Below are positions 56,579 to 64,000 of a stretch of DNA of 64,000 nt, one piece after another (within the stretch, counting starts at the first letter, position 1; the number at the start of each line of letters is the position of its first letter). The DNA lies in contig NC_042999.1 of assembly GCF_006345805.1 (NCBI RefSeq), positions 61,938,001 through 62,002,000 of the forward strand, given 5' to 3'. This DNA is from Octopus sinensis (Eukaryota). The position numbers and the translations under genes are program-made. Below the pieces are notes generated by a model. The model was not told the origin of the DNA. It worked only from the letters and a program-made list of their open reading frames with translations, and did no database searches.

Positions 56579-56584
<6 letters not shown>
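55912..56584 (+). repeat. Right arm of the long inverted repeat (inverted pLTR)
   Basis: Reverse complement of 43709-44386; lacks the terminal ~70 bp present at 43640-43708. Confidence 0.95.
56517..56567 (+). ncRNA. Type I hammerhead ribozyme in the inverted pLTR (predicted)
   Basis: AGCTTC-CTGAAGA(56523-56529)-TTTCTCTTGAAT-GAAACAG-ttcttgtc-CT-GTA(56559-56561)-GAAGCT. Confidence 0.8.
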
Positions 56585-56638
<54 letters not shown>

Positions 56639-57778
56639 TAGAAGTGGTGAAGAGATCCTGGTTTTAAGGGTTTCGCGAAAAGCCCGACTGGAGGCCAACC
56701 TTCCGAATTCTTTTACAGGGTTTAGAAGGACTGGAGGACCGCTGCAATAAGTGCGTGAATCTGACAGGCGACTACTTTTGAATAAAATCATAATTAACTA
56801 AGCCTCCTGTATTTTCTTTTGCCCAAAGCCAAGTGTCCAGTACACCCTTGTATGTACAACAGATTTCTTTGTGTTTCTATTTACAAAATCCACTCGCAAG
56901 GATTTGGTCGGCCCCAGGCTATAGTAGAAGATATTACCCAGGGAGAAGACACTCTCACGCAGTGGGACTCGACTCAATACCATGTGCTTTGAAAGCAAAC
57001 TTCTTACCGCACACACACACCTGCAACTATTAAAATATTCATACACACACACTCACAGCTGGGCTTCTTCCAGTTTCCAACTATCAATTCAACCAAAAGG
57101 ACTTGTTTGCCACAGGGCTATAAAAGATATTTGTACTAGGTGCAGTTCTATGGGATTGAACTAAAAATTACGTAGTTGAGAAGCAATATTTTCAATCGCA
57201 AACCTCTATATTATATCAAAAAAACAAAAAAAGAGGCAGAGAGACAGACAGTCTCCATCTTCAAAATCCATCTTCAAAATCCACTCACAAGGATTCCATA
57301 GAAGGTGCCACGCAAACTTCTGACTACAAAGCCACACCTGCGTCTATAAAATTATTCATTCACGCACACTCACAGTGAGCTTTTTCCAGTTGAATGAATC
57401 TACCCCATTGCTTATTATTTTAAATCCTTGTACTTATTCTATCGTTAGCTTCTACTGAACCGCTAGCGTACGGAGACATAATACATTAATGTCGATACCC
57501 CATGCTGGGGTGTCGACGTTAATGATTTTCTTAGCATTAGGTTTTAATACCCACCGGTATTATGAGAATACATAGATACATACACTGGCGGGAAGGAAAT
57601 TAATTATGATAGTTAATTAAACAGAAAGACGGATTGCTAGATAGATACGTTTGTGTGTCTATAGATATATCAATAAATTTGCACGCAGCGACAGATATTA
57701 ATAAATATACAAAGAGAAATGTAAACTTAATGAAACAACGTCTTGAATATCTATAAATTAAAGGAAGCGTCGTAAAGT

Positions 57779-57853
57779 GACCACATGGCGCCTAGTGGGT
57801 AAGACGTCTGACTTCAATACAGTAGACTGTGAGTTCGAATCTCGTCGTGGTAT
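57779..57853 (+). pseudogene. tRNA-Arg(UCG) pseudogene, inverted relative to the other copies
   Basis: GACCACATGGCGCCTAGTGGGTAAGACGTCTGACTTCAATACAGTAGACTGTGAGTTCGAATCTCGTCGTGGT; anticodon arm disrupted; shares cassette flanks. Confidence 0.8.
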
Positions 57854-57902
57854 CTCCATTTTTAATTTTGATATCATAATATACATATATATATATGTGT
57901 GT

Positions 57903-57933
<31 letters not shown>

Positions 57934-58356
57934 GTTTAGGAGTTTGCTTCTCGACTACATGGTTTTAAGTTCAATCCCACAGCACGCCACCTAGGTCTCT
58001 TATAGCACTTGGGCAACTAAGTCCCTCTAGAAAACACATGCCCTATGTGCTAATCACTTGACAATTGGTGTTATTGTTTCTTGTTGTTTATGACTCTGTA
58101 ACTTAACGGTTCAGCAAATTGGCTGCCAGTGTAAATACGCGAAATACGTCCTTGGGTCGATTTGTTCGACTAAATTCCTTCAGGGCAGCGCTCCAGCATG
58201 GCCGTAGTCAAGTGGCTGAAACAAGTAAGAAAATAAAAGAATATATATTTAAGTAGAGGGGTGTGTGGGTAGAAGAGAGAGAGAGAGACAGAAAGAGGCA
58301 GAGAGACAGACAGACAGAAGGGAATTAGAGAAAGACCAAACGATAGAATAAGCACC

Positions 58357-58368
58357 GTCGAGGTCGCA
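58357..58368 (+). pseudogene. Tiny tRNA-Arg 3'-end remnant
   Basis: CGTCGAGGTCG followed by the cassette downstream flank (TATCAT...GTGATTTAGAAG). Confidence 0.4.
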
Positions 58369-58564
58369 GAATATCATATTTATATCATGAGTGATTTAGA
58401 AGTTTCCTTCCTAACTTCATGGTTGTAGGTTCAACCTCATAGTGCGGCACATAGGCCAAGTGTCTTTTATAGTACTGGGCAACCAAATCCTTATGAGTAA
58501 ATCTGGAAATATTGGAATCAATGAAAAAAACAAGGGAGAAAAAGGAAACACGAGAGCGAGAGAG

Positions 58565-58595
58565 AGAATTGTGATTTCGAGCCTTGTCGTAGTCA
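58565..58595 (+). pseudogene. tRNA-Arg 3'-half remnant
   Basis: AGAATTGTGATTTCGAGCCTTGTCGTAGTCA followed by the TATTATTTTCATATCATAATA flank typical of the cassette. Confidence 0.6.
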
Positions 58596-58802
58596 CACAT
58601 TATTATTTTCATATCATAATATACGGTGTGTGATTTAGAAGTTTGCATCTCAACCACGTGGTCGTACGTTCACATTCATAGCACGGCACATTGGCCAAGT
58701 GTCTTTTATAGTACTGGGCAGCAAAATCGTTGTGAGCGAATTTGGTAAATGGAAACTGGAAGAAGCCCATTATGAGTGTGTGTATGTGTGAATATAAAAA
58801 TA

Positions 58803-58960
58803 GGCGCAAGTGCGGCTTTGTGGTAAGAAGCTTGCCTCCAAACCACACGGTACCGAGTTCAGTCCCTTTGCATGGCACCTTCGGTGCTGTCATCCATGAC
58901 CTCTGGTTAAACAAATCCTTGTAAGTGGATTGTATAGACAGAAACTGAAAGAAGCTCGAC

Positions 58961-58962
<2 letters not shown>
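58803..58962 (+). mobile_element. SINE family A, degenerate 5' half
   Basis: GGCGCAAGTGCGGCTTTGTGGTAAGAAGC...GAAACTGAAAGAAGC. Confidence 0.7.
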
Positions 58963-59000
<38 letters not shown>

Positions 59001-59109
59001 TACTTGGAAAAGAATGCGTGCGCTCGATCATATAATAATATAAATAATATATAAATATATGCATATATACATACATATACGTACATACCTACATCTATAT
59101 GTATATATA

Positions 59110-59330
59110 CATGCATATATGGGTACAGGACATCAAACAACGAAAAAAAACAGAGTACAAGACATACAACACAAGGAATATTCCCTTCTTCAGTTGTCCT
59201 TGTTTCATCTACTCCGCGTTTCGAAGATAAGGACAAGACGTGACTTCGTTGAAACAGTCCTTCCGGCAAAGCAAATTAAATAAAATTTGAGATTTTTTGC
59301 GGATGGTAAAAGTGGTAACAAGAACAGGAC
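59110..59330 (-). mobile_element. Repeat family Q copy
   Basis: Reverse complement resembles 12870-13070. Confidence 0.55.
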
Positions 59331-60049
59331 AGTAAGAACAAAACAGTAAAAACAATGAAAAAGTGAAAACAGTAAAAGACAGAACAATGAGAACAAAACA
59401 GTAAAAACAAATGATGAGGGCTGTTAAGTGAAGACGGTGGAAAAATTATTGTGAACGCTTAAGGAGACAGCTTATGAAAGAGACAGGATAAGCTGGTCTA
59501 GTCTTGGTGAAGATAGCAGTTGGAAAGATGGCTTCCCTCTGATCACGTATCAGTGACGAGAAAATCGAGGAGGAGGAGGAGGAGGAGAAGAAGAAGGAGA
59601 AGGAGTAAGAGAGAGGGAACGGTGAAGGGGGAGGAGAAGAATAGGAAAGGGTGGGAGAGGAAACAAGAAAGGATGAAGAACAAGAGAGGGAGAGAGATAG
59701 ACAGAGAAGAAATAGTAAAGGAGAAGAGTGCGCATCATAATTATTAAGATAAAACTTACTTGAAGGATGTGTGGCGTTCGATCATATAATAATATAAATA
59801 ATATATAGATATATGCATATATACATACATATATGTACATAACTATATATATATGTATATATACATGCGTTTCTATGTCTTTGTTTTTATGTTTTCGTTT
59901 CTCATTGTGTTTCACGTTTTTTTTTTTTGATGTCCTGTACCCATATATCCTTCATTTTAGAATCACCGATACTCTCTTATCTCCCCTTCTTTCAACCCCT
60001 TCTTTCAACCCCTTCTGTCATACATTTTTTTTTGTTTTGTCCAACCAGT

Positions 60050-60236
60050 CACCATGCTTGACTGCTAAATCCACAGCCTTTTTTTTTTTATTCTCCCTCT
60101 GTTTATTTTATCTGCTGACGAGCGTGGGGTCGAAACGTAAAAGACGTTTTCACTTTCCTGAACGTTAAACTAATATACCTGCTTGTTGTTCATACACCTG
60201 TCTTCGTATTTTGCTTTTTTCTGTAAATTTCAACCA
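60050..60236 (+). mobile_element. Family P 3' end, degenerate hammerhead-like motif
   Basis: CTGCTGAC-GAGC-gtgg-GGTC-GAAACGT-AAAAGAC. Confidence 0.6.
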
Positions 60237-60721
60237 TATGAGAGTATTGTAGTTCGCTTGAAGCATTGTGTATTGTTTGTAAAGAATAAAAAGTTTTGAA
60301 TGGTACAGCAATGCACTATAATACAAACAATGGGCTATATACCAGTTGTAATTTAGTCAACCATCGTCTGATTATGGATGACTAAATTACAATAGGTATA
60401 TAGCCCATTGTTTGTATTATAGTGCATTGTTGTACAACTCAAATCTTTTTATTCTTTCGACCATATATATCTGTGTGTGTGTGTATATACGACTGGTGGT
60501 GAAGGGATCCTGGTTTTAAAGTATATATATATATGGTACTGGGTTCAGTCCGACTGTGTAGCACATTGGACACGTGTTTTCTACAGGGGTTTAGCCGCCC
60601 AAGTGCTATAAGAGACACTTGGCTGAGGTGCCGTACCCAAGGATTGAACCTAAAACTGTGTGGTCGAGAAACAAACTACTAAACCACGCACACTATATTA
60701 TGATATCAAGATTAAAGTTTC

Positions 60722-60794
60722 AGACCACGACGAGATTCAAACTCGCAATCTTCTGATTCGAAGTCAGCCGCCTTATCCATTAGGCCACGCGGTC
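60722..60794 (-). pseudogene. tRNA-Arg(UCG) probable pseudogene
   Basis: Full length, but T-loop TTCG changed to TTTG (B-box hit), G-A mismatch at the top of the anticodon stem, discriminator T. Confidence 0.8.
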
Positions 60795-61064
60795 ACCTGC
60801 TGGTACTTACTTTAATTTGCAGATCTGCAAGACATTAAGTTTACAAATCTATTTGTATATTTATTAATATCTGTCGCTACGTGCACATCTAATGATATAT
60901 CTATAAACACACCAATGAATCTATCTAGTAATCTATCTTTCTGGTTAATTAACTATCAAAACTACTTTTCTTCCCGCCGGTCTATATATCTTTCTATTAT
61001 CATAATACCAGTGAGAATTTAAACCTAATAATAAACAAAATTTATCAACGTCAATATCTATCTA

Positions 61065-61151
<87 letters not shown>

Positions 61152-61905
61152 ATAAAAATAATGGAGAAAGCTGCTTAGTAATTAGGTATGTAACAATTAC
61201 TAAAAGTACTAAAAGAAAGCAATATTAAAAGCTTGACCGTCTGGAAGTATTTTTATAAATTCATGTTCTAAGAAATTTCCTGTAATTTCGATTGCTGAAG
61301 TTTATTGAATTTTTAAACTCCAATTTCTCGCAAATTTAAATATTCATTACATTCACTACGAAGTATCCCCTTTTCATTTGCAAAGTCTCGGTTTCTCTTT
61401 CAATGTTTTTATTTGAAGTTTTAATTCGTTATTTGGAAAAACCGACAATTTATTCTCTAAATATATACATAGTGTAAAAACATTATTTATTGAACGAAAA
61501 TTCTTTAATATACCTGTATAATTTTTGTAAAAAAGTTTTAAGTGATTTCATTTTTACAAGCCTTACAATAATAACTATCCGGACCGATTTTGGCCATTTT
61601 CTTTTTTAACTTAAAAACCACGAGAGGAGCCATTTCGGTAAAAATAAATTGTAAAAATTTCCAGAGGAAAACGTAAAAAATTCGAGGGCGGTTTCACTGT
61701 TGTTTCTAACACAATCCAAACCACCCTCCATTTCCACTCTCACATGTATTGATACTTTTTTCAATATTTTTCTCCCATTAAACACATTTTATAGAATGAT
61801 GATGCCGAAGTAATACATGCGTATTAATGGTGGATTATAGTCAACAAAATAAATTGTAATCTAAATTTTTTCTCCCACCTGAATCAAGCGAAGCGCGTGT
61901 GTGTG

Positions 61906-61953
<48 letters not shown>

Positions 61954-61968
61954 TGTGTGCGTGCGTGC

Positions 61969-62008
<40 letters not shown>

Positions 62009-62268
62009 TGTAAGAAAAACATTTTCTAACGGAAAAGTATCCCATTAAAATGAATCATCATTTACGTAACTCTTTTTTAAAATCACTGTGGATAAATGCC
62101 GGTAATGGCCTTCTCAGGCTCTCCAATATTTTAATTTCCAAACAGAAACAATCGGGGGCTGGAAGTGGGGTTGCAAAAAATTCATAATTTTCGTTTTTAT
62201 AACATATAAATGTATTTATGGGGGAAGAAAAAGAGCTGAAAGACATCAATACATGCAAGAGTGATAAG

Positions 62269-62341
62269 AGACCACGACGAGATTCGAACTCGCAATCGTT
62301 TGATTCGAAGCCAGACGCCTTACCCATTAGGCCACGCGGTC
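62269..62341 (-). pseudogene. tRNA-Arg(UCG) probable pseudogene
   Basis: Anticodon stem TCTGG/TCAAA has a C-A mismatch; discriminator T; no adjacent T-run terminator. Confidence 0.75.
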
Positions 62342-62744
62342 ACCTGATGGCGGCCGTCTTTAATTTATAGACATTCACGACATTGTTTCATTATGTTTAC
62401 ATATTTATTTGTATATATTTTTAATATCTCTCGCTACGTACACGTCTATTGATTTATCTATAAACACACCAACGTATCTAGCAATCTGTCTGTTTGTGTA
62501 ATTAACTATCATAACTTCTTTCTATTCTGCCAGGGTATTATCTGTCTATTCTCATAATGCTTGTAAGCATTTAAACCTAATAATAAAAAAATTATTAATG
62601 TCAATGCCTCGGCATGGTGAAATAATTTTTAGTCCAATGAATTGATCTCAGCACTTATGTTTTTTAAGGCCTGGTACCTATTCTGTGGTTCGCTTTTACT
62701 GTGGTGGGGGATGAACACAGACACAAAACACCAGTATACAGTAT

Positions 62745-63558
62745 ATACTCTGACATCCCTCACACATAAAAAAAAACATTCCATACAGCATAGTAATATG
62801 CACCTGCGCTATAGTGATTGACCCCAAAATATGTGAAATCCGACTCAACGAACTCAAAGACTTCCTCACAATGCAGAAATACCCCTTAGGATTAATTAAG
62901 AAGAGCATTAAAAAGTCGATGAAGCTAAGCATCGCCCAACTGCGGACACCCAAGAAAAAAATTAATGAGCACACGACCCAGTTTGTTAACACACACGGTC
63001 CTGGGATAACCAAAATCTTTCACGTCATAAAATCAAACTTAACTATACTCCCACAAAGTCCCATAATGAAAAGTCTGATTTAAAAAAAACCCTTACGGAA
63101 TAGTAGACGCCAACCAAAAAATCTTTTAAAAAACACCTCACAAAAGCAGAATTCACATCAGAGAATGAATCAGAATTCTTAGTAAAAGAATGTGGAGATA
63201 GGAGATGTGGACCATGCAACAACATCTTTAAAAACTTAGAAAGTGGTTCTCACATTAAATTCAAGGGCGTATTCTCGTTCAAAATAAATGCAGATATGAA
63301 CTGCAAAACGCAGAACCTCATATATTGCATTACCTGCACCAACTGCAAAGAAAATTACATTGGCGAAACAAATAATTTCCTCTGCCAACGTGCGAGAATA
63401 CACTAGCAGCATATCCGTTAAGCAAGCATCTGGAAACAGGAAGCGACAGAAAATTCAAAATCTTTCCCTTTTACAAACGTTTACGAGAAGACCCGCAAAA
63501 GCGAAAAGCAATGGAGCTACACTTCTTCGAAACTTTCTCTACAAAATTGAATGTTTGA
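62745..63558 (+). pseudogene. Penelope/Poseidon-type PLE remnant: RT thumb, linker and GIY-YIG endonuclease
   Basis: HPSHIKKNIPY...RLNELKDFL..QKYP; RRQPKNL; CGDRRCGPC; NCKTQNLIYCITCTNCKENYIGET; KFKIFPFYK...FSTKLNV*; stops and frameshifts. Confidence 0.9.
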
Positions 63559-63676
63559 AAGAAAAGCGAAGAATTTGCATTTTTTATTGTAAATGTAGCT
63601 CAAATATTAAAAACAGGATACTCATCTCTATAAATATTCAGGTACCTATATATATGTATATATATATATATATATA

Positions 63677-64000
63677 ACGGGAAGCTTTATGAAAATAGAC
63701 AAAAGACGAAGGCAGGTGGAAAACAAACGAACAATTGTATTAGTATGGCGCTCAGGAAATATAAATAAAACAAGTCTTTAACGTTTCGAGCCTACGCTCT
63801 TCAACAGAAAGATACACAGAGAGAAAAAAAACACAGAAAGAAGGAGAGAAAAAAAATGCGTGCAGTAGCTAACGAATCAACATGGCGATCTGATTTCAGC
63901 CAGAGGTCAAAGATCAAACATGAGACGCGAGAGCGAAATAAGGGGAGATAATAGGGTTGATAATAGGGTTGAAGGACCAGCTAATAGTGCGTAGGAGGGG
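63677..64000 (-). mobile_element. Family P-like PLE 3' end/pLTR, opposite in orientation to the adjacent PLE ORF
   Basis: Homologous to 21877-22200; abuts (TA)n; runs off the window edge. Confidence 0.7.
63775..63812 (-). ncRNA. Minimal hammerhead-like motif with non-canonical core (best-preserved family P copy)
   Basis: Minus strand TCTTT-CTGTTGA-A-GAGC-gtag-GCTC-GAA-ACGT-T-AAAGA: 5-bp stem I, 4-bp stem II, palindromic ACGU in place of stem III. Confidence 0.55.

Larger units (their letters stand above)
43640..56584 (-). mobile_element. Putative composite Penelope-like element: inverted pLTR + 5'-truncated GIY-YIG fragment + microsatellite-rich 3' region + pLTR, hosting the tandem array
   Basis: Inverted repeats at 43709-44386 and 55912-56584; endonuclease fragment at 55573-55905; (TA)n at both outer ends. 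Treating this as one element is an inference. Confidence 0.6.

Overview
Gene-poor, AT-rich, microsatellite-saturated animal DNA. The SINE families and repeat landscape look like a cephalopod (Octopus-type) genome; this is recognition, not a database result. I found no convincing host protein-coding exon, and most ORF-track entries are translated microsatellites. The window holds tRNA-derived SINEs, LINE remnants (R4/Dong-like, RTE-like, L2/Crack-like), a near-complete mariner, Tc1 and maT-like remnants, a Gypsy integrase with its 3' LTR, two kinds of Penelope-like elements (PLEs), and a decaying tRNA-Arg(UCG) cluster (41-62 kb; 2 intact-looking genes, at least 7 pseudogenes or remnants). The standout is an 8.3-kb tandem array (45262-53564) of 17 copies of a ~487-bp non-coding, highly structured unit, each with one type I hammerhead ribozyme fold. 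This resembles a retrozyme (circRNA-producing) array. It sits in a (TA)n tract between two ~670-bp inverted repeats that each carry a related small hammerhead, next to a PLE GIY-YIG endonuclease fragment. A third, minimal hammerhead-like motif with a non-canonical core recurs in PLE 3' ends across the window. All ribozyme calls come from manual folding; no activity is shown.
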